A stretch of 64,000 bases of DNA from Bacteroidia bacterium (GTDB lineage Bacteria; Bacteroidota; Bacteroidia; UKL13-3): positions 108 to 64,107 of the forward strand of contig JAGPCK010000010.1 in the NCBI GenBank assembly GCA_018058135.1. The letters run 5' to 3'. Below are positions 20,001 to 27,090 of the stretch, in pieces. The translations under genes were made by a program, and so were the position numbers. The notes beneath the pieces were generated by a model, which saw nothing but the letters and a program-made list of their open reading frames with translations, was not told where the DNA came from and did not search any database. Each line of letters begins with the position of its first letter. Position 1 is the stretch's first letter.

Positions 20001-20845
20001 CAGATAACGATACGTTCTATGTTTCGGTTACTGAACTTGGTTGTGAAAGCCCGCGCACTCAGACAGCAGTTGTGGTAACTAAACTTCCTGCTGTTCCTTC
20101 TGCTTCTAATACCAAAGTTTGTGAAGGATTAGCCGCATCATTAACAGCAACTTCGGGTACTGCAGATATCTTCTGGTATACTGATTTATTCGGAGGAAAC
20201 CCCATTGATAGCGGTTCTACCATCAGTATAAACGGTATCACTCAAACTTCTATTTACTACGCAGAAGCACGTAACGGTGTTTGCGCAACTGCAGAACGTA
20301 AACCGGTTGTTGTAGTGTTTTACAATAAACCAAACGGAACATTTACAGTTCAGTCTCAATTTATGGGAGGCATTACCTTTACTCCTGCAACCGCTAATGG
20401 TTTAGCATACAATTGGAGCTTTGGTGACGGTAACAACTCAACAGTGGTTAACCCTACACACAAGTACACTACTAACGGTAATTACAACGTGAAGCTGGTA
20501 GTTGTAAATCCAACTTCAGGTTGTTCAGATTCTTCAACACAAGCTGTAAGTGTGGTGTCTGTTGGATTCGCTGATGCTAAGTCTAATAGCTTTAATGCAG
20601 AGGTATATCCTAATCCGTTTACAGGTTCAGCTCAATTAAGTTACACTTTACCGGTTGCTGAAACCGTAAGTATTCGTGTAGTAAATCTTCTTGGTCAGGA
20701 AGTAATGCAATTGCCTGCCGGAATTAAACAAGCCGGAACTCATCAGGTAGACTTTAATGCAACTAACCTGTCGTCAGGAGTTTATTATGTACGTTTGCAG
20801 GTAGGTAATACTCAACACACTTTACGTGTGGTGAAAGCCAACTAA
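14036..20845 (+). CDS. giant secreted T9SS cargo: N-terminal MAM/choice-of-anchor-J-like domain, two parallel beta-helix modules, six Ig-like repeats, a PKD domain and a T9SS C-terminal sorting domain
   Basis: 2269 aa. Signal peptide ...FFSHQLFAQ. ESFDGGFPPTGWTN. Repeated N/T/S/G-rich beta-helix turns. Two-Cys ~81-aa repeats. PKD-like WSFGDGNNS...HKYTTNGNYNVKL. C-terminal VYPNPF...GVYYVRL... Confidence 0.85.
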   Translation: MYNTLPKQFYLHKDCVNRKAKSGLIKVSFLLSTFFFVLFFSHQLFAQNTTVLSESFDGGFPPTGWTNTAAGSGLNWARVTSSTYPSGISPRSGSGLLRLNCFSVSSGTATLISSSFSLAARGTNNAIVSVWVYRENGYSTDNDSISVRINTSSSVTGATYLGFVSRSRSLAPVVATDGWYKYDFNLPGSFNTGTNYLIIEGTSKYGNDIHIDDASCTILGPMIYSSSTTNQASTSPLGASATNQVILGVPVTVSGSATTIALTGINFNTTGTTNVADISGAKVYFTGSSATFSTTTQFGSTVSSPSGAFSVTGSQNLADGVNYFWLAYDISATPGNLNLIDAQCTQVTVGGTNYTPTVTNPSGSRQILFPLSGVYNVGVSGTFSTLTAAITALNSVGVGAPVTFNLTDNIYGVNETFPIVINQFSGGSAVNTVTIKPASGVDATITGNASSILSLNGADFVTIDGSNSGTSSRNLSIINSNTASSSVVLLASLGTAAGATNNTIKNCNISNGATNVVTYGISIGGATPGSTGADNDNNTVQNNIIGTVTTGIYAIGTSSGSTGGNDNLNISGNTVSFVSSISGCYGIRAGNTLNSSVSLNNISIETSSGTMVGISLETGFISSVVNRNLISKVKATSTSALPVLRGITLATGQTGSSVTISNNVIYDVIAAYSTTNAASNCTGIMLGAVGVSTTTTTTTGGVNMYHNSINLTGNVNRNGSCLQYGVFVGANVSSLDFRNNVISNAIVNINATPGTSKSFAVYSLAANTAYSNMNNNCYFVGATQGVLGYIGATDRTTLAAIQTGFGQNASSISSNPLFNASNNLRPTASSPLLNAGVTIAGQTTDFRGTTRSVTTPTIGAYELGGEFLLPVISFTTLSNTASTANRVETGFATITDASGINITSGTRPRLYFKKSTNANTFAGNTSADNGWKWVEATDTISPFDFTIDYSLLTSGGVTQGDMIQYFVVAQDMASVPNVTVANAQLLSEPASVNLNSSHFPASGNINSYTIAFQLSGTYLVGAGQTYTSLTNDGGFFQYVNSNVVAGDVVALITSNLSETGAIALNQTTEFGGSNFKISIQPSAPSVRTISGNYVGGLIRLNGADRVSIDGRFNNSGTGNYLTIVNSATSGVTAAVQLSSLGNGQGATNNTIRNCTFSLPRTGPTSIGIAVGGVLGNTGSDNDSLAIMNNVIRSGAYGIYVGGNIAPNTTDEVVITSNIIGGDTLATSGALLANITGLTCNTNSVSNVISTAAPSALTLNAIKNASFAGNTITNVQGAGGNTTGLSIVGADSNIIVSNNVVRNVYYTSTGGYGARGIDVNTTSANSNISVINNVVSNILGDGDQDIEAYSTAGIMIRNTSGNVKVHHNTVRLGGAITVGTYTSRSAAFYSGASTTNIDVRNNIFTNDIVKTNITASETFAIFNNATTNSNLTGIAYNNYVATGFQARTGYSSGANRNTLSDWKSNVTSDVTSTSRIVNFIDTTQSNLRLAGSSNGDFYLRSINLNNSLTNADYDNVTRRPISYMGAFEGSTPLTMSVNAGVDTAVCSGSSVQIGAANIVTGGIAPYTYAWSPSAGNTSNPSVSPTSNTSYIVTATDTFGFTAYDTVFVTVNSLPNSPSASGPSNLCAGNTANLTATGTGTFNWFKNATGGTALGTGNNYTTAALNTNDSFYVSVTNAQGCSSTRTKVNVNVTSPVAPTVSNATICSGNTASLTAIGNGTLNWFKNAAGGSALATGANYTTVVLNSNDSFFVQSTLNGCTSTRTRVNVIVNATPLAPSVATPASICEGSSTQVIASPSAGTTQWFTVATSGTAFSTGDTLNTSNLTANTTYYAGKSSGSCVSTSRTAVTVTVNAIPALPLVAGATLCDGDSTILTATGFATGDSIMWYDAATNGNMLGSGSAYTTSALSANATYYAGIKSAAGCINAARTSALVTVNPIPAAPQVNNETACEGTSATFDYSNTTGSLKWYDAATGGSASHTGNVFNTGTVTDNDTFYVSVTELGCESPRTQTAVVVTKLPAVPSASNTKVCEGLAASLTATSGTADIFWYTDLFGGNPIDSGSTISINGITQTSIYYAEARNGVCATAERKPVVVVFYNKPNGTFTVQSQFMGGITFTPATANGLAYNWSFGDGNNSTVVNPTHKYTTNGNYNVKLVVVNPTSGCSDSSTQAVSVVSVGFADAKSNSFNAEVYPNPFTGSAQLSYTLPVAETVSIRVVNLLGQEVMQLPAGIKQAGTHQVDFNATNLSSGVYYVRLQVGNTQHTLRVVKAN
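18872..20332 (+). repeat. six tandem ~81-codon Ig-like repeats inside the giant gene
   Basis: Each unit has C-x-G...L-T-A...(N/K/M)W(F/Y)...GG...Y-T-T...(F/Y)(Y/F)V...C-x-S-x-R...V-x-V. Units 1 and 2 are about two-thirds identical by hand alignment. Confidence 0.65.
20594..20842 (+). other. T9SS type-A C-terminal sorting domain
   Basis: NAEVYPNPFTGSAQLSYTLP...VRVVNLLGQEV...SSGVYYVRLQVGNTQHTLRVVK. Confidence 0.75.
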
Positions 20846-20863
20846 CCGGTAAATATATCTTTT

Positions 20864-20897
20864 GAAAGCCCCGCCATACAGCGGGGCTTTCTTTTTT
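20864..20897 (+). terminator. rho-independent terminator of the giant gene
   Basis: 11-bp stem gaaagccccgc/gcggggctttc, 6-nt loop, then a T6 run. Confidence 0.8.
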
Positions 20898-20905
20898 ATA
20901 CCTTT
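20898..20905 (+). promoter_or_regulatory. candidate -7 box
   Basis: tacctttg, with 7 nt between its G and the ATG at 20913. Confidence 0.35.
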
Positions 20906-20912
20906 GCTCATC

Positions 20913-22115
20913 ATGACAATTAAAATCGGACTTATCAGAGAAGAAAAACAACCCGCTGATTTTCGGGTAGCGTTAAACCCACACCAGTGTGTAGAATTGA
21001 TGCGTAAATTTCCTGACGTAGAAGTGGTGGTACAAAGCTCCAACTGGCGTTGTTTTTCTGATGATGCCTACCGTAAAGAAAGCTTACGGATTGTTGATGA
21101 AGTCCACGAGTGCGATGTATTGATGGGCATTAAAGAAATACCTAAAGAAAAACTAATTGCTGATAAAACGTATTTGTTTTTCAGCCATACTATAAAAAAG
21201 CAGCCCTACAACAGAGCCATGCTGCGTACAATACTTGAACGTAATATCCGCCTTATTGACTATGAATGTCTGACCTGGGAGAACGGTAGTCGTATACTCG
21301 GTTTCGGACGATTTGCAGGTATAGTAGGCATGCACAATGGCTTTCTAACCTGGGGAAAGAAATTTGGTTTGTATAACCTGAAACCGGCTTATGAATGCAA
21401 AAATTACCTTGACCTTAAGTTTCAATACAAGAACATTACTTTGCCTGCAATTAAAATTGCCATGTGCGGTGACGGGCGTGTTGCTCACGGAGCATTGGAA
21501 CTATTGCGCTATCTTAAAATAAGAGAAGTGACCAAACAGGAATTTCAAGAGGGGAAATTTGATGAACCGGTTTTTGTTCACCTTCGTTCAGAGGATTATT
21601 ATGCCCGTAAAGATGGAAAGGTGTGGGATAAGTCAGATTTTTATCACAATCCCGAAGAATACGAGAGCTCTTTTAAACCATACTATCAGGTAGCTGACAT
21701 GATGGTGAATGCAATTTTCTGGCACCAGGGAATTCCTGCATTTTTTAGTAAAGAAGAAATGAAAGAAAGTGACTTTAATATTAAAGTCATAGCTGATATA
21801 ACCTGTGATTTGAATGGCCCCATTCCTTCTACCACCAAAGCAACAACAATTGAAAACCCGGTTTACGGCTATCATCCGTTTTCAGAGAAAATTACCGAGC
21901 CTTTTCTTAAGCACACTGTAGATGTGATGGCTGTTGGAAATCTACCCTGCGAAGTTCCTGCCGATGCGTCAACAGAGTTTGGCGAATCCATGCTCAGGTA
22001 TGTGATGCCCCACCTGCTAAATGAAGATGCAGATAGTATTATTCAAAGGGCAACCATAACTGAAAAAGGTAGTCTTACCGACCGCTACCAGTACCTTGCC
22101 GACTATGTAGAATAG
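20913..22115 (+). CDS. lysine-ketoglutarate reductase-like / saccharopine dehydrogenase (L-lysine-forming), AlaDH/PNT family
   Basis: ~400 aa from the internal ATG. FFSHTIKKQPYNRAMLRTILERNIRLIDYE closely recalls the LKR half of eukaryotic AASS. The track start at 20862 would read through the upstream terminator. Confidence 0.65.
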   Translation: MTIKIGLIREEKQPADFRVALNPHQCVELMRKFPDVEVVVQSSNWRCFSDDAYRKESLRIVDEVHECDVLMGIKEIPKEKLIADKTYLFFSHTIKKQPYNRAMLRTILERNIRLIDYECLTWENGSRILGFGRFAGIVGMHNGFLTWGKKFGLYNLKPAYECKNYLDLKFQYKNITLPAIKIAMCGDGRVAHGALELLRYLKIREVTKQEFQEGKFDEPVFVHLRSEDYYARKDGKVWDKSDFYHNPEEYESSFKPYYQVADMMVNAIFWHQGIPAFFSKEEMKESDFNIKVIADITCDLNGPIPSTTKATTIENPVYGYHPFSEKITEPFLKHTVDVMAVGNLPCEVPADASTEFGESMLRYVMPHLLNEDADSIIQRATITEKGSLTDRYQYLADYVE

Positions 22116-22167
22116 TCTTCGGTTTTAAACTCTTTTAAACCGAAATTCGCAGCCATAAATTTTATTC

Positions 22168-24066
22168 ATGGCTAAACGTACAGGTTTTAATAGCAATGGT
22201 CAGCTAAAGGATGAGGCACCTAAGGTAAAAATCACCAAAGAGTCGCTCAGACAAATGCTTTATATCTTTACTTACCTCCAACCTTACAGAAGTAAGTTTG
22301 TGTTGGGTATGGTGTTTATTGCCTTGTCAGCATTCTCCACGATGGTATTTCCTTACCTAATCGGGAAAATGATTGATGCAGCAGGTATAGGAGCTGATTC
22401 ATCCGCAGCGGTTATGGCAAATCCTATTGCGCAACAGATGCCGGGTGAATGGAGTTTGAAGGATTTACACTTTGATTTAAATACGCTGGTGTTACTGTTG
22501 TTTGCGCAGTTGGTAGTGCAAATGGTATTTTCTTTTATGCGTATTTATTTGTTTACTGAAGTGGGAGAACGTTCATTAGCCGATTTACGTTCAGCAGTTT
22601 TTTCAAGATTGCTCACCATGCCAATGAGTTTTTTTTCTGAGCGAAGGGTAGGAGAATTATCCAGCAGAATTTCTTCCGATTTGTCTCAGATACAGGATAC
22701 TATTTCATTTACACTTGCTGAGTTTCTGCGTGGCTTGTTTACTATGGTGGTGGGCTTAATCTTGATTTTCTGGATATCACCTGAACTGGCTTTGGTAATG
22801 CTCTCAGTGGTTCCTGTTATTGCGGTATTGGCCGTTGTGTTTGGAATGCGAATCAGGAAAATGTCGCGCAAGGCACAAGATCAGTTGGCAGAGTCTGGTA
22901 CCATTGTGCAGGAAGCATTTCAAGGTATAGCTACTGTTAAAGCATTCACAGGTGAGGCCTTTGAACGTAACCGTTATACCAAAAGTGTCTATTCTGTTGT
23001 ATCCATAGCCATAAGCAATGCGCGTTACAGAGGGGCCTTTGTATCGTTTATGATATTCAGTGTATTTGGGGCTATCGGTTTTGTTATTTGGTATGGTACG
23101 CGTATGATCCAATTGGGTGAAGGAGATTTAACCACAGGTAAACTTACCATGTTTGTCATCTTTTCAGCCTTTGTTGGCGGCACTTTTGCCGGGTTTGCCG
23201 ATATGTTCAGTCAGTTGCAAAAAACTATAGGAGCAACACAACGTGTTCGTGAAATTATGCAGGAAAAAGGGGAGGATGTTCAACTGATGGAAAATACTGT
23301 AGTGCAGGAAAGTAATTTACTTAAAGGTGAGGTTGAGTTCACCAATGTGATGTTCAGTTACCCTTCGCGTAAAGACGTTCAGGTGCTCAGGGATATTAAC
23401 CTAAAGGTAAAACCGGGAGAACAGATTGCTATTGTGGGGCCGAGCGGGGCAGGTAAGAGTACAGTCACCTCTTTACTATTGCAGTTTTATCAACCTGATG
23501 CGGGAGCGATTCTTTTTGACGGTAAACCGGCCGCTTCTTTCCCGTTAAGTGAACTCAGAAATCAAATGGCCTTGGTGCCACAAGATGTGATGTTGTTCGG
23601 TGGCAGTATTCTGGAGAATATTCTGTACGGCAAACCCGATGCAACTATACAGGAAGTGGAAGCTGCAGCCCGCAAAGCCAATGCACATGAATTTATTGCA
23701 GCATTTCCTGAAGCGTATGATACCATAGTAGGCGAAAGAGGGGTGAAGCTTTCAGGTGGGCAAAGGCAACGCATTGCTATTGCCAGAGCCATTCTTAAAA
23801 ACCCTGCTATATTAATTTTGGATGAGGCCACATCTTCTCTCGATGCTGAATCTGAAAAGTTAGTTCAAGGGGCACTAGATAACCTGATGGAGAACAGAAC
23901 GTCTTTCGTTATTGCACACAGATTGTCGACTATCAGAAATGCTTCACGCATTCTTGTTATTCATGATGGACGTATTGCAGAAGAAGGAAGTCATGAGCAA
24001 CTCCTTACCAATGAAAACGGAGTGTACCGCAAATTGGTAAAGACGCAATTGGAGTTGTCGGAATAA
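22168..24066 (+). CDS. ABC transporter, fused permease/ATPase (MsbA/ABCB-like exporter)
   Basis: 632 aa. Six-TM domain. Walker A GPSGAGKST, signature LSGGQRQR, Walker B ILILDEATS. Confidence 0.9.
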   Translation: MAKRTGFNSNGQLKDEAPKVKITKESLRQMLYIFTYLQPYRSKFVLGMVFIALSAFSTMVFPYLIGKMIDAAGIGADSSAAVMANPIAQQMPGEWSLKDLHFDLNTLVLLLFAQLVVQMVFSFMRIYLFTEVGERSLADLRSAVFSRLLTMPMSFFSERRVGELSSRISSDLSQIQDTISFTLAEFLRGLFTMVVGLILIFWISPELALVMLSVVPVIAVLAVVFGMRIRKMSRKAQDQLAESGTIVQEAFQGIATVKAFTGEAFERNRYTKSVYSVVSIAISNARYRGAFVSFMIFSVFGAIGFVIWYGTRMIQLGEGDLTTGKLTMFVIFSAFVGGTFAGFADMFSQLQKTIGATQRVREIMQEKGEDVQLMENTVVQESNLLKGEVEFTNVMFSYPSRKDVQVLRDINLKVKPGEQIAIVGPSGAGKSTVTSLLLQFYQPDAGAILFDGKPAASFPLSELRNQMALVPQDVMLFGGSILENILYGKPDATIQEVEAAARKANAHEFIAAFPEAYDTIVGERGVKLSGGQRQRIAIARAILKNPAILILDEATSSLDAESEKLVQGALDNLMENRTSFVIAHRLSTIRNASRILVIHDGRIAEEGSHEQLLTNENGVYRKLVKTQLELSE

Positions 24067-24146
24067 TAATGTTTCAAATCACTATATTTCAGCATTTTAA
24101 ATTTTTATTCTTTTTAGGCATTACTTGGAAAATTAAAATTCTTGCA

Positions 24147-24154
24147 TAAATTTG
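24147..24154 (+). promoter_or_regulatory. candidate -7 box
   Basis: taaatttg, 27 nt upstream of the ATG at 24182. Confidence 0.4.
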
Positions 24155-24181
24155 AAAAATCATAAAATCAAAATATAACAA

Positions 24182-25003
24182 ATGAAAAAATTACTTTTAT
24201 CAGCAGCTGTTATTGCAACATTGTTTGCAGGCTGTGGCAAAGACGATGAGAAGAAAGACACTACACCTGTTGCAGGTCCTCAGGTTCCTGTTGAATCAAA
24301 AAACACTTCACTTACTCAAAAATTCTCCGGTACAAAATGTCCTCCTTGTGGTGGATGGGGTTGGACAATGGCAGAAGAGTTGATTACTTACGGTGATGGA
24401 AAAGCACTTTATCTGGGTACATTTTCTCAGAACTTTGTAGCTGAAGGTTTCATTACTACTGTTGCCAATGATATGGATACCAAATGGGCTGCAGGCTCTA
24501 AAGGATATCCGGTTTTCTCTGTAAACGGTGAATTGAAAGTTAGCCGTTCTTCAGGTGTTAACACGACTGCTGAAAAAACAATGTCTAAAGATGCAATGGA
24601 TGCTCATGCAGCTGCACCGGTTGTTGCTAATACAGGTGTGAAAATGACTATCTCAGGTAATAAATTAAGCGTAAAAGCTTCAGCCAAATTCTTTCAAGCT
24701 GGTAGCGGTGATTACAATGTAGCTTTCTATATTGTTGAGAACAACGCTATGTGGAAACAATCAGGACATGCTACAGGTGCTACCACGGCTATTCCTCACC
24801 ACTACGTATTAAGAGGTTCAATGAACGGTACATGGGGTGAAACTATTTTCACAGGTTCTATTGCTGCCGGTACATACAAAGACATCAACAAAGAATTTAC
24901 AATGGATCCTTCATGGGTTGCTGCTAACATGGATGTGTACGCAGTTATCTGGAAAAAGAATGGATCAGGATATGACTTCGTAAACGTTAGCAATGCTAAG
25001 TAA
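24182..25003 (+). CDS. lipoprotein with a CPPC motif (possibly Omp28-related/thioredoxin-like)
   Basis: 273 aa. Lipobox LFAGCGKDD. KFSGTKCPPCGGWGW near the N-terminus. The family assignment is from memory only. Confidence 0.5.
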   Translation: MKKLLLSAAVIATLFAGCGKDDEKKDTTPVAGPQVPVESKNTSLTQKFSGTKCPPCGGWGWTMAEELITYGDGKALYLGTFSQNFVAEGFITTVANDMDTKWAAGSKGYPVFSVNGELKVSRSSGVNTTAEKTMSKDAMDAHAAAPVVANTGVKMTISGNKLSVKASAKFFQAGSGDYNVAFYIVENNAMWKQSGHATGATTAIPHHYVLRGSMNGTWGETIFTGSIAAGTYKDINKEFTMDPSWVAANMDVYAVIWKKNGSGYDFVNVSNAK

Positions 25004-25022
25004 GAACGAGAGTACTTTCCAT

Positions 25023-25061
25023 AAAAAAGAAAAGGAGGCCATTGGCCTCCTTTTCTTTTTT
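25023..25061. terminator. bidirectional intrinsic terminator (39-nt perfect palindrome)
   Basis: aaaaaagaaaaggaggcc-att-ggcctccttttctttttt, between convergent genes. It touches the uvrB stop codon. Confidence 0.7.
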
Positions 25062-27082
25062 TATGCATTTATCATTTTTTCCAATGCAAACATTTCATCT
25101 CGTAACCTGGCGGCTTCCATAAAGTCCAGGTCTTTGGCTGCTTTCACCATTCTGGCTTTTGTCTCCTCCAAAGTTTTTTGCAATTGTTCCTTGTTCATGT
25201 ATTTCACCACAGGATCTGCGGCTACGGATATTTCTTCCGGTTCAACATAAGCACCAGGTTCCAGCCCTTTATTGGCATTGGCCACGGTGGTTTGTTTCAT
25301 GATGTCTTCTGTAGATTTTCTTATTGTACGCGGGGTAATGCCGTGTTCCTTGTTATATGCTATCTGTTTTTCTCTTCTGCGGTTGGTTTCCTCAATGGTT
25401 TGTTGCATGCTTCGGGTAATAGTGTCTGCATACATAATCACTTTCCCTTTTTCATTGCGTGCGGCTCGTCCTATGGTTTGAATAAGCGAACGGTTATTGC
25501 GCAGGAACCCTTCTTTATCTGCATCCAGAATGGCTACCAAAGATACTTCAGGTAAATCCAATCCTTCACGTAAAAGGTTTACTCCTATGAGCACATCAAA
25601 TTTTCCTAAACGCAAATCGCGCAGAATTTCTACACGGTCCAGTGTTTTTACTTCAGAGTGTATGTAACGGCATTTCACATTCAGTTTAGCCATGTACTTG
25701 GCCAGTTCCTCAGCCATACGTTTGGTAAGTGTGGTTACTAAAATCCGATCGCCCATTTTAATGCGCTCATCAATTTCATCCAGCAAATCATCTACCTGAT
25801 TACCTATAGGTCGTACTTCTATAACTGGGTCAAGTAAACCTGTAGGGCGAATAAGCTGTTCTACCACCACGCCTTCGCATTGTTGTATTTCATAATCACC
25901 CGGAGTGGCACTTACATAGATTACCTGTTTAATTAAAGACTCAAATTCATTGAAAGTGAGTGGCCGATTATCCATTGCTGCGGGCAATCTGAAACCATAT
26001 TCAACGAGATTTTCTTTACGTGAACGGTCACCTCCGTACATGGCTCTTACTTGTGGCATGGACACATGGCTTTCGTCTACCACCAGTAAAAAGTCTTTCG
26101 GGAAATAATCAATCAGGCAAAACGGACGATCTCCGGGATTTCTTCGATCCATGTAACGGCTGTAGTTTTCAATGCCGCTGCAGTAACCTAATTCACGCAT
26201 CATTTCAATGTCGAAAACCACACGGTCTTCCAAACGTTTGGCCTCCAGAAACCGCCCCTGATTTTTGAAATACTCCACCTGCTCCATCATGTCATCCTGA
26301 ATCTGGTTGATGGCTTGATGCAGCCGTTCTTTGGGTGTTACGTATATGTTAGCAGGAAATATGGCTGCAGCTTCGGTCTTTTCTATTCGCTTGCCACTGG
26401 AGGGGTCAAATAGTTCAATTTCTTCAATTTCATTACCAAAGAAAGATACCCGTACACCGTAATCTGCATAAGCTAAAAATACATCCACCACATCGCCTTT
26501 TACCCGAAAGTTACCTCGTTTAAAATCTGCTGTTGTGCGTGAATACAGACTATCAACAAGCGAATACAATAGCTGATTGCGGTTGAGTTTTTGACCTGTA
26601 TGCAATCGGATAATGCTGCCTTCGTAGTCACTTGGATTTCCCGCACCGTATATGCAGGATACCGAAGCAACAACCAATACATCTCTGCGCCCTGAAAGGA
26701 GAGAGGAAATGGTTTTTAAACGCATTTTTTCAATTTCCTCATTGATATTAAGGTCTTTTTCAATGTAAGTATTGCTGGTAGGTAAGTAAGCCTCCGGTTG
26801 ATAATAATCGTAGTAGGAAACATAATACTCAACGGCATTATCCGGAAAAAATTGAGTGAATTCTCCATACAATTGTGCAACCAGTGTTTTGTTGTGACTA
26901 AGCACCAGCGTTGGCCGTTGTACTTTTTCAATAACATTGGCTATAGTAAACGTTTTTCCTGAACCGGTAACACCTAACAGGGTTTGAGCTTGGTCGCCTC
27001 TTAACAAGCCTTCATGAAGTTGTTTAATTGCATCAGGTTGGTCACCGGTTGGAACGTAGTCTGAAATGAGACGAAAAGGCAT
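25061..27082 (-). CDS. uvrB: excinuclease ABC subunit B
   Basis: 673 aa. GVTGSGKT Walker A, helicase motifs, and a C-terminal UVR domain (...AARLRDE...). Confidence 0.97.
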   Translation of the reverse strand: MPFRLISDYVPTGDQPDAIKQLHEGLLRGDQAQTLLGVTGSGKTFTIANVIEKVQRPTLVLSHNKTLVAQLYGEFTQFFPDNAVEYYVSYYDYYQPEAYLPTSNTYIEKDLNINEEIEKMRLKTISSLLSGRRDVLVVASVSCIYGAGNPSDYEGSIIRLHTGQKLNRNQLLYSLVDSLYSRTTADFKRGNFRVKGDVVDVFLAYADYGVRVSFFGNEIEEIELFDPSSGKRIEKTEAAAIFPANIYVTPKERLHQAINQIQDDMMEQVEYFKNQGRFLEAKRLEDRVVFDIEMMRELGYCSGIENYSRYMDRRNPGDRPFCLIDYFPKDFLLVVDESHVSMPQVRAMYGGDRSRKENLVEYGFRLPAAMDNRPLTFNEFESLIKQVIYVSATPGDYEIQQCEGVVVEQLIRPTGLLDPVIEVRPIGNQVDDLLDEIDERIKMGDRILVTTLTKRMAEELAKYMAKLNVKCRYIHSEVKTLDRVEILRDLRLGKFDVLIGVNLLREGLDLPEVSLVAILDADKEGFLRNNRSLIQTIGRAARNEKGKVIMYADTITRSMQQTIEETNRRREKQIAYNKEHGITPRTIRKSTEDIMKQTTVANANKGLEPGAYVEPEEISVAADPVVKYMNKEQLQKTLEETKARMVKAAKDLDFMEAARLRDEMFALEKMINA

Positions 27083-27090
27083 AGGTGAGT

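Noticed and set aside
14284-20241. Series of 60-108-aa antisense ORFs inside the giant gene (14284..14610, 15265..15549, 16453..16737, 18733..19005 and others).
   Set aside because: They are a by-product of the strongly biased sense codon content (Asn/Thr/Ser/Gly/Ala codons give few antisense stops). They have no motifs and no upstream promoter boxes. The same applies to the plus-strand ORFs inside 38027..44988.
20862-20912. N-terminal extension of the LKR-like gene as given in the track.
   Set aside because: It would translate straight through the strong terminator hairpin of the upstream gene. The ATG at 20913 is preceded by a TAnnTTTG box and gives the conserved MTIKIGLIREEK start.
22117-22146. 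Imperfect hairpin (ttcggtttt.aaa / ttt.aaaaccgaa) after the LKR-like gene as a terminator.
   Set aside because: It is an AT-rich stem with an internal mismatch and has no downstream T-run. I did not call it.
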